Below are positions 18,955 to 31,236 of a DNA stretch of 64,000 bases, piece after piece. The notes under the pieces are model-generated. The model saw only the letters and a program-made list of their open reading frames with translations, was not told the origin of the DNA and searched no databases. Every line of letters starts with the position of its first letter. Position 1 is the stretch's first letter. The position numbers were made by a program, and so were the translations under genes. The stretch comes from Yuukianura sp. NJ FZ-2021 (taxonomy: Eukaryota), in assembly GCA_046563655.1 (NCBI GenBank), contig CM102288.1:4526001-4590000 (forward strand), in the 5' to 3' direction.

Positions 18955-19346
18955 ATCTGTTCCGTTCCCCTGTTGCTTCCCTCCGATTATCTTCAAGTCT
19001 TTAATTCAAAATCGAGATTCAAAATGATAGTAAAACAGAGGTCAGCAAAGGTCAACCTCAGTTTGAATTTTGAAATGAATGAAAAGGATTTGACAAAACT
19101 TCTCACTTCCTTTTATATTTTTCCTTCCGCCTCTATCAGCTGATCAGTTTCATAAACCTGCACCGCGAGACTACGTCATGCCGCCGCGAATGTCATTCAA
19201 AATATTTCCAGCAGGTCAAAGGTCATATGAAAATCCTTTCAATGAATAAATTACATTTTAATAAAATATCCAATTTTTTTCTGAATCTTTATTCCATAAA
19301 ACAGAGGAGTTTAAGAAAAGTTGACACAATTGAGTGACGATTTTCT

Positions 19347-22318
19347 TTAGGCGACTGTGGCTTCTGCCTTCTCCTTGTCTCGTTTGAGTGGACCCATGAA
19401 GGCCAATTTGTCTGCCGGTGTCTGGAATCGTCCGTGGCCAAACTTGGATGAGGTGTCAATGAACTTGAGGTTGATTTGTTCCAGGGCCTGTCTCTTAGTA
19501 TGCACCAACAAACTCTGAAAACACAAGGGAAATAATCAGATGATGGTAACTGATTGATCAATCGATTGATTCTAACTTAAAAACTTTACCTTTCTCAAGG
19601 TCAACACCCTCTTCTTCGGTCCGACACAGCATCCCTTGATCATGATGAAGTCGTTATTGACTTCTCCGTAATGAGGGAATCCTCCCATTGGAGTGATGCT
19701 CTTCTCCGTCAAATCGTACTGAGTCGAGGCATTGTTGATAACCTAAGAATCAAAATAAGTCTCAGTAAAAGTAATCAAAACAATTTAGAAGGTTAACTTC
19801 GATTATTCTTGTTTTCAGTCCGCCCTAGGCTTTCAATTCACTGATAAATCAGTTGATGTTTGTACACATCTTGGTTTATGCATCATTTGTAATGTTACCA
19901 AGATCTAAAAAATCGAAATGCTGCTCACCTTCTTTCCATCCTTGGTGTGAATTCCGTCTCCAATTCGGTAGATCTTCTTGTTCATTTCAGTTCGGTGGTG
20001 GTAGCCCTTCTGACCAGCTCGAGCTACAGTGAACTGGACGCGGGATGGATGCCATGCTCCGATACAAGCGACCTTACGGAGACCCTTGTGTGTCTTCCTC
20101 GGCAACTTCTTCGTGTGCCAACGGGATGTGACACCTAAAATAATGCGCAAATATTCGTAAAACAAACGTTCGGGTCTGATATGGATTTTATAACATGAAA
20201 ATATTTTTGAAATCCCACAATCTTCAGAAGGAAGGCAACAAAGTTTATCGCTCATTCTGTTTCAGTGTGGTAAACTCACTGTTAATCATCATCGATTGTC
20301 AGGATTTCAAAACAGGACGCAGAGTGCAGAGAAGCTATTTGGATCAATTTTCGGAATTTACCTTTGGTTCCCTTTCCCTTGGTGACTCCGATGACATCAA
20401 TCATCTCATCCTGAGCAAAGACTTGCTTCACTGGAATTGGTTTTTCCAAGTGCTTCTTGGCCCAGTCCAACTTTTGGGAAACGCTGCCACCGTTGAGCTG
20501 GATTTCCATGATGTGTGCCTTCTTTTGACGCTGCTTCAACAGTTTCATCTGAAACAAGAAAGTGGAAGATTAAATCCTGCCCTTTCAAAAGTATCAAAAT
20601 GGGAAAATACTCCGATTTTGGAATAGGATTTTATACCTGCGTATGCGCAATGACTCGGATGACCTTGCAGTATTTCTTCATGATCTTGAAGTCATGCTCG
20701 ATCTGCTTCTTGCCAAGTGGGTCTTGCCATTTCTTGCTGCTCTTGGTGAAAGCCTTCTTCTTTGACTTGTACCTTCAATTCAAATTAACAAATTGTTATT
20801 GCAAGACTTCTGGTTTGACCTTTTTTCATAGAGAATTTACAATTTACCATGCTTACAATGCTTCCCACCGAAAGAAATAGAATTATGTAACTCAATACTC
20901 AATCGTCAGTTGATTTTTAGCAATCAATCGACTCAACACTGGACCTTGGTTTTCTAGTCTCGTGAACCAATTCCGCCGCGTGTGGAGGAGATCCATGCAC
21001 TGGCAAGAAAGCCAGATTTCAAAACTCAACCGCATCGCATGATCGGCAGGTTCAGAGGAGACTTGGATAAAGGATGAGGCTTTTAGCAATTCAGTTCAAG
21101 AACACAAATGCTATTTAAGCCGCTGATGGAACAACGGGATAACTATCATTTTACAAATTCAAAACGGAATAAGTTACTACTGAAAGTTAGTTAACTCACA
21201 CAATTACTAACTATAAACTAGTGGTAGACTAAGACCAACAAACAGACAATATCGTAGGAGTGAAATGGCATAGAATTAAATGAAGTTTATCAGTCCGCCC
21301 TAGGCTGTCAATTCACTAAACAGTCAGTTCATGTTTGTACACATGTTTGGTTTATGCATCAGTTTAACTTCATTTAACTCACCCAATTTCCTAATTTCCA
21401 TTTGTATTAACCTGCAAGGGCGTTGTTGTAAACTTACCAGTTCTTGTAGAAGCGACGACGGCAATCTTCGCTCAAGTGTTCAGCCCAAACAAGCTTCAGA
21501 GCACGGAGACCGTGTGGAGTTTCGATGTAACCCACGACTCCCACAACGACAATCGGTGGTGTTTCGATGATTGTCACAGCCTCGACGATTTCCTTCTTGT
21601 TGACCTCTGTAATAAAAATACTTAGATTAGCCATTTGACTTCTTCCGCTGAATGAACATTTCGTTTCTTTTTGCAATTTTATTGAACGTACTGGAGCCGG
21701 GTTTGTCAGCCTCACGAACAATGTGAGTCATGCCAGCCTTGTAACCAAGGAAAGCCGTAAGGTGGACTGGAGCCTTAGGATTGTCCTTTGGGAAAGCCTT
21801 GACCTTTCCACGGTGTCGAGCAGCCCTCTTCTTGGGATAAAATCCCATCGACCCATGTCGGGGTGCACTGAACTTACGATGCGACTAAAACAAGAATTGT
21901 TACAAATTACTCGTTTCATCTAGAATTCCGTAGTAGTATTATACAACTAAATTACTAATTTCTAATTGAACTGTACATTGCATGGCTTATCTCCCAAATC
22001 ATAACCGAAGGGGCTATTGAAAGAATAAGGAATATGCAAGCCTATAACCTCAGCAGGTCACCCCGCGAAGTCTGTATAATATTCAATGCTACGGATGTGG
22101 AATACACTGCTTTCAACTAGCAGCTCCAGATTCCGTTGTGGGGCAAGGGTGAAGGTCAAAAGGTCCAGCACAAGGCCGGTCCTTCCTTCCCTCTCCCAAG
22201 CCCAGCATTGGAAATTGAGAATTTCAGTGATTTCTTTTATAAATTAGCGTTAATTTCGGAATTAGGAAATTAGCGACACCGTTCCCGTTGCTAAATGCTG
22301 TTTTGATTAACTTACCAT
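19347..22318 (-). CDS. RpL3: 60S ribosomal protein L3 (uL3), 8 coding exons
   Basis: [59 protein letters not shown]. Exons 22318-22316, 21884-21692, 21606-21438, 20772-20637, 20548-20362, 20134-19929, 19742-19590, 19514-19347. Confidence 0.99.
19812..19890 (-). ncRNA. Box C/D snoRNA, SNORD43/snR70-like (copy A, RpL3 intron 6)
   Basis: C-like box AUGAUGC, D' CUGA and D CUGA (19818-19815). GGGCGGA before box D and UGUGUACAAA are antisense to the universal 18S segment UUUGUACACACCGCCC. Near-identical second copy in intron 3. Confidence 0.8.
20217..20299 (-). ncRNA. Box C/D snoRNA, SNORD83/snR52-like (RpL3 intron 5)
   Basis: 6-bp terminal stem ACAAUC/GAUUGU, perfect C box AUGAUGA, D' and D CUGA. 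The guide UGCCUUCCUU pairs with 18S AAGGAAGGCA, and D+5 falls on the A equivalent to human Am468/yeast Am420. Confidence 0.9.
21276..21377 (-). ncRNA. Box C/D snoRNA, SNORD43/snR70-like (copy B, RpL3 intron 3)
   Basis: Paralog of 19812-19890 with the same boxes and guides, flanked by a 12-bp inverted repeat TTAAATGAAGTT/AACTTCATTTAA. Confidence 0.8.
21969..22212 (-). ncRNA. Box H/ACA snoRNA U17/snR30 (SNORA73-like), RpL3 intron 1
   Basis: 5' UCCAAUGCU pairs with AGCAUUGAA, followed by H box AUAUUA. There is an internal hairpin, a 3' hairpin UUGCAU/AUGCAA holding m1-like AUAUUCCUU (22035-22027) and m2-like AAGCCAU (21988-21982), and an ACA box 3 nt from the end. Confidence 0.85.
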
Positions 22319-22443
22319 TGTAATTTAATGAATGGATGACCTTTCAAAAGTAGAATTTGGAGATGACCTCCTTCAACTCTCCGAAGAAATGGACTATTCA
22401 AGTCAAGCAAATGGGAAAAAGCAAGGCGAGGAGGGATGCCGGA

Positions 22444-22458
22444 AAATAAAGAGGAAAC
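22444..22458 (-). promoter_or_regulatory. TCT/5'TOP polypyrimidine initiator of RpL3
   Basis: GTTTCCTCTTTATTTT on the minus strand about 130 nt upstream of the ATG, typical of ribosomal protein gene starts. Confidence 0.6.
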
Positions 22459-22774
22459 GGCGTGCTTATTTATGAATTTCCACGCCAGCTACGGTTCAAC
22501 TTCTCACATTTTTTTATCCAAATAAAAGGGATTATCTTACATGGCAAAAATGTGACAAGTAGTTAAAGTTTACTATTCATCAGAGATGGCGTGAAGTAGC
22601 AATTTCCATACCATCAACTAATCGATTTCTTAGATTTGAAAAAAGATCGTTATGTTAAATTGTTACTAATTACTAACTACTAATTAAATTAATTAGTTGC
22701 CTGAGGTGACTCATCATCATACCCACAAAATCCTTTGAATAATACGCAGGCAATCGATCACCATACACAAATTC

Positions 22775-22978
22775 GGTTGCGGTAAGGTTTAACGAGCCGA
22801 ACATACTCTTCCGGTTAAGCCGCCGGTGTAGCCACTTTGCGGCTACAATGGATGGCTATACTATGCGGCAACTTACGTTGCCACTTTAGATGAGGCTGCA
22901 AAAGTTTTTGTCACCAATGTGCAGCCACCAAACATGGACGAAATGCCTACACTGCGGTCGTTTATCCTTACCTCAACC
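22775..22978. mobile_element. MITE, GGTTG-terminal family, degenerate 8-bp TSD
   Basis: Imperfect TIR GGTTGCGGTAAGGTTTAACGA / TCGTTTATCCTTACCTCAACC, flanks ACAAATTC / ATGAATTC, internal GTAGCCAC-like repeats in both orientations. Confidence 0.7.
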
Positions 22979-23551
22979 ATGAATTCAATAAATTTCGTCG
23001 CAAGATTTAAAAATCCCGGGTTCTCTTATTACAATTTAATTACAATACAATTTATTAACATAAGTCGAAATTATTACGAATCGTAAAATAATTATACGAA
23101 ATAGCACGAACTTAATGTAGTTTCATGAACGATGATGTTTAGTTAATTAGTAATTGGAAAACAGGAAAACACCGAACATTTAAGTAAGTTTAAGACAAGT
23201 TTAGAGTCCTCGAAACCGGAAATTCCGACTGATGGTTATGCCATATCTACCCAGTAGTTTCTTCCCAAAATTTTAAATTAATGTTTATTTTTAAACATAA
23301 ACGACTCTTAAATGTAGGTTTAACTGCCATTCGAAAACAAATACCACTGCGAAAACGTGAATCATAAAATCATAATGATTTTTGTTGTATTTCCAAGATT
23401 ATAAACTAAAAAGACACTCAGGACTTCCTGCAGCTGATTTCTGTGTGATGAGAAGAGAGAGGGTCACAAGACTCAGACTTGAACGCTTGTGTCATTGGAA
23501 TGTGCCCAATATCCAACGACTTAACGTTATAATTTAGGATTTGAGAGGACT

Positions 23552-24115
23552 TTAAGTTCCGCGATTACTCTTGGAGTGATCAATGAGCCACTGGAGAGTG
23601 ATATCAATATTATCTCTCTCTTTACAACTAATGCTGTAGCAGCAGATCTCACGGTCTTGAATTACGTCCAGATTCATGCGTTGAATGAGACCGTTCTCAT
23701 CAAGGGCTCCAGGAAGATCCCGCTTGTTTCCTAGCACTAAAACGGGAATACCCTGCAACTGCGGTTTCTCCAGCAAATTGTGCAGTTCGTTCCGTGAGGC
23801 TTCGATTTTCTCTTGATCAGCAGCATCCACCATATAAACGATTGCATTCACCCCTCGGCAGTAGCGTTCCCACATGGATCGAAAGCGGGGTTGACCTCCA
23901 ATGTCCCAGACTTTGATCGTGACGTTCCCTTTTGTGATTTTTCTCATGTTGAATCCAACAGTTGGAATCATGTCTTCTGTAAATTGCCCACTAGCAATTA
24001 CATTGACAAAAGTCGTTTTTCCTGAGTACTGGAGTCCAACGAGTGTCAATTCCATTTCTTCCTTCCAAAAGAGAGACTTCACCCAATCCAGGATTCGATT
24101 TATCAGGGCCAGCAT
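23552..24115 (-). CDS. Arl8: ADP-ribosylation factor-like GTPase 8 (intronless CDS, 187 aa)
   Basis: [64 protein letters not shown]. Confidence 0.98.
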   Translation of the reverse strand: MLALINRILDWVKSLFWKEEMELTLVGLQYSGKTTFVNVIASGQFTEDMIPTVGFNMRKITKGNVTIKVWDIGGQPRFRSMWERYCRGVNAIVYMVDAADQEKIEASRNELHNLLEKPQLQGIPVLVLGNKRDLPGALDENGLIQRMNLDVIQDREICCYSISCKERDNIDITLQWLIDHSKSNRGT

Positions 24116-26113
24116 CTTGACGTTTGATTTCTGCAACACAAAATTTAAAACAAATTATTAATTGCTAATAGTACATGCATGTTTGTAAAGCTGAAGACTT
24201 GATGATTGACCTTTGATCTAACAGGCAATCCTTACGAACAGCTGATCGCCCAACCTTACTAATATTATGGTTAATGATTAAACCACATAGTAATTGGAAG
24301 ATGACATTTTACTTGACATTTTAACTAATTACAAACTCGCATGCCTGGTTCAATTAACCATTACATAAATTTAAATGTCATGTAGTACCTCCTTTCTTTA
24401 TAACAGAGAGCAATGCCTTCTCAATCAGGCTTTATCCGGTTTCGAAGGCGGAGGCCAGTCCGCAAGTTATAAGTTCCTGTTCCGTTAATAATGGGTTGAC
24501 AGAATGATATTTGTTGTGAATTTTAAAATCGTACTTAGTGTTTAAGTTAACTTCAGTACCATCCACCCAGTTAATGACTAACCGTTATAATCTAATCTTA
24601 TCTTTGACACTTCAAAAATTTTGAACCAAAATTACTTAACAGATTGAACTTTGTTTTTTGATGACTAAAATTCTTTTTCATAACTTCATATTCAAATTTC
24701 CCGGCCTGATTCAATCTATTTGGGAGGGGAGGAACGCCGGGTTGAAGGAAAATCGAGTGGACAAATTGTAACCGGTATAATTTTAGTATTGGCAGCACTT
24801 TTTGGTAACAATCTAGAGCGTAGTTAGTGGGTAATAGTTTCCGGTATTATTAAATCCTCCCATTGACCGCACTTAACTCAAAGAAATTGTGACTCACGTC
24901 AACGTTTTCATTTTTGACAGTGAGAATAGACGGAGCAAGAATTATTAGACAGTACAATTAGCAAATACGCTGAAATGTTGGTTTTAGTTAACGTAAGATA
25001 CTCTAAACAATTTAAAACTAAAATTAGCTACCCAAGCCTACATCTAGGAAAATATCTTAAAGAAGAATATAAAGAAATTCACCAAATTGAACGCTTAATA
25101 CAGATATAATTTCTAACCTTAAAAGAAAGCGTTATGCTACACGTCGAGGTAGTCTAAATAAAAATAAAGATATCGCTTCACCAATCACAAAGCCGTAGAA
25201 TTCTCGGCAGTTACGACAATTGGGATCGCAGGGTAGGAGAGGGGTGGAGAACTGGCTGAAATCCAGTCGGATGGCTAAAACTGCTCACAATTATATCAGC
25301 GGATGCTGACTTCAACGTAGAGGGGGAGGCCGAGTAGAGGGATTTCGGCTGGTTTGTTTGGGTATGTTGGTTTGTCGGTTTAGTTTGCCTTTGTATTTGG
25401 ATTTGGAAGGTGATTGTCAGAAGAAGAAGTGGCAGCTTTTGCTTATTGTTGTCCTATCCAAAAACGAGTATTTGGCAAATTGTGTTGGCGTAGGCGGATG
25501 ACCTTGATCTTATCTTGACTTGGACTTGGACTTCATCATCTTTTGCAATCTGCAGTATACGGAGACTCACTTCCCACGGGGTTTTGGTAAGATTCTAGCT
25601 CATTCCATTTCCATGTTCACAAAAAGTACAGGAAGATTTTTGACGAAAGTGAATTTTTAAGCGTTTCGTTTATCAGTCGTTAAAAACTTGTCATCGGGAG
25701 CATTTTCGTGACAAGTTTTTTCTTACTTTTAGTTGGTAGTGGTCAAAGACAGGAAAACTCCCTTGGAATTCCAGATTCGCACAATCCGATTCGGAGAAAC
25801 ACCGAGAACGAGCGGGATTTCGGCTTCGACTCGTTGTGTTCGCCGGTTTCCATTCATTTGTCATCTAAAATGTTAGTGCGGCTGTTGGTATCGACCGGCT
25901 ACGTGTTATTTGGTTCACTTTTTAGTGGCAGGCAGGCAGCCGTGAATCCTTTAGGCTTAAACTTTATCCAACATAATCTTTGCGTCCTGTACTAATTAAG
26001 TTCTATTGTTTGCAGCTTCTGAGAGGAGAACACTCAAGTACAGTATTCAGCTCGAGTGACAAGGACCAACGGACAATTAGAGCAAAGGAAAGGCACGACA
26101 GGACACAGTAATC

Positions 26114-28297
26114 ATGGAGTTTAATTTTCGGCTAGCGGACATCTTCCCAACGGAAATTTCTATTGTTGGAAGTGACATGATTCCAAAGGGGTCACCGGGC
26201 GTTGCCAAAATGGGACCACAGTAAGTTCTTTAATTTTCGCCTAAATCGTTTTTTAATCGTAATTTCAGCACCTTGATTCTCCTACAGTTTGATTTGTTAA
26301 GGTTAAGGCCTTAGTTGGCAAATCAAGAAGCGTTAATTTCATTTATTTGCCCAAAGGCAAACGACTGAAGATCTACCGCTTTAATCCTGAAATTCAACAC
26401 TATCATTCTTTACTGTTGTCATTTAATATGTTTGTGAAGGATTTGGTCGACTTAATTTTGACAAAAAAAATCTCACGAAAATTGCAACTTTGAGTTCATC
26501 CGTGACATCTCAAGAAGTATTTGCCCTTGTGAGACTTTTTTTTTGGCTACGGTTCTTTAATTATTCGTTTTTATACGCTCTTGATTCCCATTCGCACTCC
26601 CCGCATCATCTCCATTGTTGAGAAACTGAAACTGCAACGGGACTTTTAAAAATAAAAATTTATGTTCTTATTTTCTCAGTTACAGTTTTATAATTATCCC
26701 AGCACAAGCAGCACCATGAAAAATATAAACAAACTTCATGCTGTGTAGAGTGCTTTCAGATTTTAAAATGAAGATTACAAAAAAGGAAACTAATTAAAAC
26801 CCCGAAAATTCCATTTCCGCTTTCTACATTCATCATCGTATCGAGCGATGTAAATTTCCAATCTGAAAATGTCAAGTGGAGTAGCGACCACACCTAGTTT
26901 TTAATTCATTTTTCTAATACAGAAACAGAGCAGACATTTTCAAGAGTATTTCGTGTTTCTGTTTTTCGTAAACACGCTCCTTGTTTATGAGAATACGCGC
27001 GCCGCGCGCGAATGGTTTATTAGACCACTTGAAACGAGGGCAGAATCCCCACAGGCACAGTTTCTCGTCTTGAAAGTACACGCATAAACTTTTGTTTTAA
27101 AACAAAAGATAAATTGTGTCTGTTTCTCCAATCTTTTTCAATTAACAGACAAATTGAAAAATTACACAGAAAAAAGAACGTTAGCCTCAATTACTTGCTT
27201 TCCGGTTTCCGCATTCCTCTCATTTTTTTGCTAAACTTTGAGAAGTGACAATTGAAACCAGCAGAAGTGTTTGCCATTTATTTCTGAAGATTGACTGTTT
27301 CTTTCCTTTTTTGCAGGGTGGTGAAACAGAGAATAAGTGAGATCATGGATGTGGTGGGAAAAGCTTCAGCGGTGGCCCAAAGTCTTCACAATGTGATCAC
27401 TTCGTCAGAGAAACTGCGGAACGGTGGTGATGATCAATGGGTTTACTTCCTGTCAGACTTCAACACGAATCAGGTTGTGGGTCTCTTGAAGATTGGGAAG
27501 AAGAAGCTCTTTGTATATGATCAACAGGGCGTTCAGCACGAACTCAGTCCGCTCTGCATTCTTGACTTTTACGTTCACGAGTCGAGACAGCGTGTCGGAT
27601 GTGGCAGAGTTCTCTTTGATGCGATGCTGGCCAATGAGCATGTGGACGTCAAACACTTGGCAATTGATCGTCCTTCGGACAAATTCATTTACTTTCTGCG
27701 AAAACACTACGGACTCACTAACCTGATTCCGCAAGTTAACAACTTTGCTGTGTTTGACGGATTCTTTGTACAGCGCCCAGGTAAATTACCGGCACAACTT
27801 TGCAGTACAGTGAAACCCCTCGTTTTGCAACATTTTTTCGTTGGGCATGGGTTCACCGTAAAACTCAAAGTTTGTGGAAGGATATTGCTCATATACTTGT
27901 TGTACTTTGTAAACTGAGCGTTGACGGCAACCTGCCAATCAGAGATCGAGTTGCAAAAAGTGGGGTTCCGCTGTATTAATGTCGCAAAACAAAGTATTTA
28001 CTTCCATTTTTTCACTTTTTAGACTATTCTGGAAAGAAACCGCGTTGGAATGGCCTGGATCAGCCAGTTGAGCGCCCTTCGCGCCAAAATATGTCCCACA
28101 AAATGGAATTCCAGGACTCTCGATCGTACAATAAAGAGCCGCCGCTCCATCTTCGTAACTTGCAAGGAGGATTGCCGGGATACATTCCGCAGAGACATGC
28201 GTCATCAATTGGTAACGTTCTGCAGCCAACGGCAGGCGGAGGAGGTGGCAACGGCATGAATGGTCACGGTCATTCGTTGGTCAACGGAAATCGTTAA
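26114..28297 (+). CDS. ATAT1: Alpha-tubulin N-acetyltransferase (exons 26114-26220, 27317-27780, 28023-28297)
   Basis: MEFNF, GKASAVAQSL..VITS, GLLKIGKKKLF, CILDFYVHESRQRVGCG, LAIDRPSDK, PQVNNFAVFDGFF. Confidence 0.95.
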
Positions 28298-29740
28298 TGA
28301 GTCGTATTTTCATGATTAGGGTTATCAATTAACTTGATCATGATTAACGGAGTGAGGAGAGGACAGTGAAGTTACGGTTGTTTTTGCGAGTGAGTTGTAA
28401 AGTAATTTATGCTAGCGTAAACCAGTTCTGCATTTTCTTTTCAAAAATGTTAAGCCTTTAAAGTTTTAAAGAAAATGAAGATTCAAGAGAATGAATGAGC
28501 AGCTAACATTTGATGAAAGTAGGATTGTCATTTTGAATTTATGTTAAAAATCACAAGAATCGATCAAAGCTATGCGAAAGTATTATGAGTGTAACTAATT
28601 TTTTTTTTAAACTTTCATCATAGTGTTCGTCTTTTTGTGTTGCTAATTGAAATTAGTTTGTCTTTGTTTTTGGATTTTTGTTAAAAGCTTGCGTTTTGTT
28701 AGATTGATTTTTTTCAGAACTTTTTCTGAACAGAATTTCATTCAGAACGGAAGAATTTCAGAAAATCCACTCATGATCTCAACTTTTATTCAAGCGATCA
28801 TCTCTGGTGACTCATACAAAAAACAGCTAACAAGTGAACTCCTATAAGAAGCTTTACAAATTAGAGTTAATTTAACATCAATTTAATTTAAGCAGTAACT
28901 TGATTAATTCCATTTCAACTACAAATATTCCTCGTTGGTGCTTTAAATTGTCATTTCATTTGTTATTCCAAGTGTTTTAATTTTTATTGTAACAACTCTT
29001 TTAATTAAGATTTTGGAATCAACTGCTTCTAAAAAGATGCAAATCTTTTGGGAGTTGTTGAAAATCCAAACGAATACAAATTATTAACAGATCTAAAAAC
29101 GAAAATACAAATGTGACTTTGGAAGGCTGCATGAAAAGAAATGTTTACAAGTATAACGAGAAAGTAGTGATTTGTAATGGTTATTAATTGAAAGTTTAAA
29201 TTACTGTAGTATTGCTTGAGCTGATTTAGTTGTAATTTCCAGAAGAAAAACTAATTACTAATTCTAATCTTAAGGGAAGCTGCTGCTTCTTAACTTTAAA
29301 ATTAAGCAAATTATTCAATTCTTATTGAATCTAAACGATTTGGTAAATTATTGTTAGCATTTTCTAAATTATCATTTTGTATTGTATTAAGCTACGTTTG
29401 ACGCTTTTAAAATCTGAAAGTAAAACAACTATTGGCACTACTCTGTTGTTGTTTATCTATTTGTAATCAATTGAAATTTTAAAATTTTGGAAATTATAAT
29501 TAGATTTTAATAAAATTAAAATTAATTAAATACCTAGAATTCGGTCACAGTCTTTTTTTCAATTGGCTCAATTCTATCTCACCACGGAAGTACCGCGGGA
29601 GTTGCGAATTTCAAAAATTTTCTATGCTGAGAATGAGAAAAGTTCTTCAAACATCAAATGTTTTTTTTTTTGCTTGTTTGGTGTTCATTAGGATTTTGAA
29701 ATAAATTGAGCAGTTATCAGCGATTTTTCAGCGTTGAAAG

Positions 29741-30519
29741 ATGGGTGGCGGCGGAGATGGTGAACGAAGTGGAGACTGGAAGCGTTATGTGCCTGATGGT
29801 GGAGGGTACCGTCAACCAAATGTACTCGAGAGATTTGTAAGCAGGGTTTACGGAATGCTAGACGGTCCTGCGACATGGTTTCGAGGTAGGAATGAAATAA
29901 GTTAAATAAAGCGATGATACGTTATGACATTTTTTAATTAAGAGTTTGTGTGTTTTTAGAATCAATCGTTGAACCCAATCGGAAGGACTATGCTTGGTAT
30001 CACAGACAGTTCCGACGTGTGCCAACATTTGATCAATGCTATATTGATGACCCCGTTTGCATGTACGAGGCGAACTCGCAATATAAACGAGATCGGGCCG
30101 TTGATACGGAAATCGTAAGCATTTTGCGTATGAGAGTTGACGCCTGCGGTAAAGAGAATTTTCCGGACTTGGGACCCTGCGAACCGCTCAAGGAGGACCT
30201 CGCTCTCGCAGAGGAAAATTGGTTTACTAAATGTAAGTTTCAGTTGTTTTCTCTCTGAATCACCAAAAAAGGCATCAATGTATCAGTTGGTTGTTGTTTC
30301 TGTTTCTTTAGACGGTGACTTAGGTGCCTATCACGACGTTCGGAAGGCGTACATGAAGCAAAAGCATCGAATGATTTGGGAAAGGTCAGTGTCAATTTTC
30401 TACGCGTATTTATAATATGTTATCCTGCTCAAATGTATTACTGTATTCTGTTGGAATTCTCTAGACGTCACGGTAAAGTTGGAACTGGAATGAAGAAGGA
30501 CAGTTTTGCGGAACCTTAA
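29741..30519 (+). CDS. NDUFB10: NADH dehydrogenase 1 beta subcomplex subunit 10 (exons 29741-29885, 29961-30232, 30311-30384, 30465-30519)
   Basis: DGPATWFRE, WYHRQFRRVPTFDQC..D.VC.YEAN.QYKRDR.VD.EI, KYGDLGAY..VRKAYMKQKHRM. Confidence 0.95.
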
Positions 30520-31236
30520 AAGCCTGTTAGAAGGGGGAATTAACAATTATGAATGCTCTTCACGCCATACTGTCGAGCAGGAGTCTTCTCGAGCCTCAAA
30601 TCAGCTAATGCCACTGTCAAACAATATTTAGTCATTTCGATATCTAGAAATCCGGAGATTGACCTCTTCCCAACTCATGCCGTCGCATACCAACACCTTG
30701 TGAATTATCGCTTACCACTCTGTTCAGTGAGGGTAACATTGTCAATAAATCGTAGTCTTACTTTAGTTTTAGTTTAATGAATTTTCATTTGCGAACTCAT
30801 TTGTGAACAATTTTCATTTTGGTACAAGAAGTGGTCACTGTTGTATCAGCTGCGATTTGCGATATTGTGGCGCGAATCTCTGGAATTCAAAAATGAAAAC
30901 AAAAACAAACGTAAGAAATTCACAGCTAACAAAAACCGGTGTCCATTTGCAGATAACTATAGCTTTCTCCCAAAGTTAACTATGCTAATTTTTGGACTTT
31001 CACCTAACCTAACCTTTAAGCCAGAGGGCGCTGACAACACCAAATTTTTTGACTATGCAAATGAGGAGAAAGTGATAGTTGTCTCTAAGTTATTATTGCT
31101 CTAACAAAAGCAGATTGCGATTGCGATTGCGAATTAAAGTTCAAATTCACAAAGAAAAATTAACGTGATTTCCAGAGTTTAATTAACTTCGACTTCGGAA
31201 CGGGGGAGGTCAAAGGGCGTTGAGGGCCGCTTCAGT

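Noticed and set aside
23552..24115. Arl8 as a processed pseudogene or retrocopy
   Set aside because: The ORF is intact and highly conserved, with a 5' UTR acceptor at ~24131; intron loss is sufficient.
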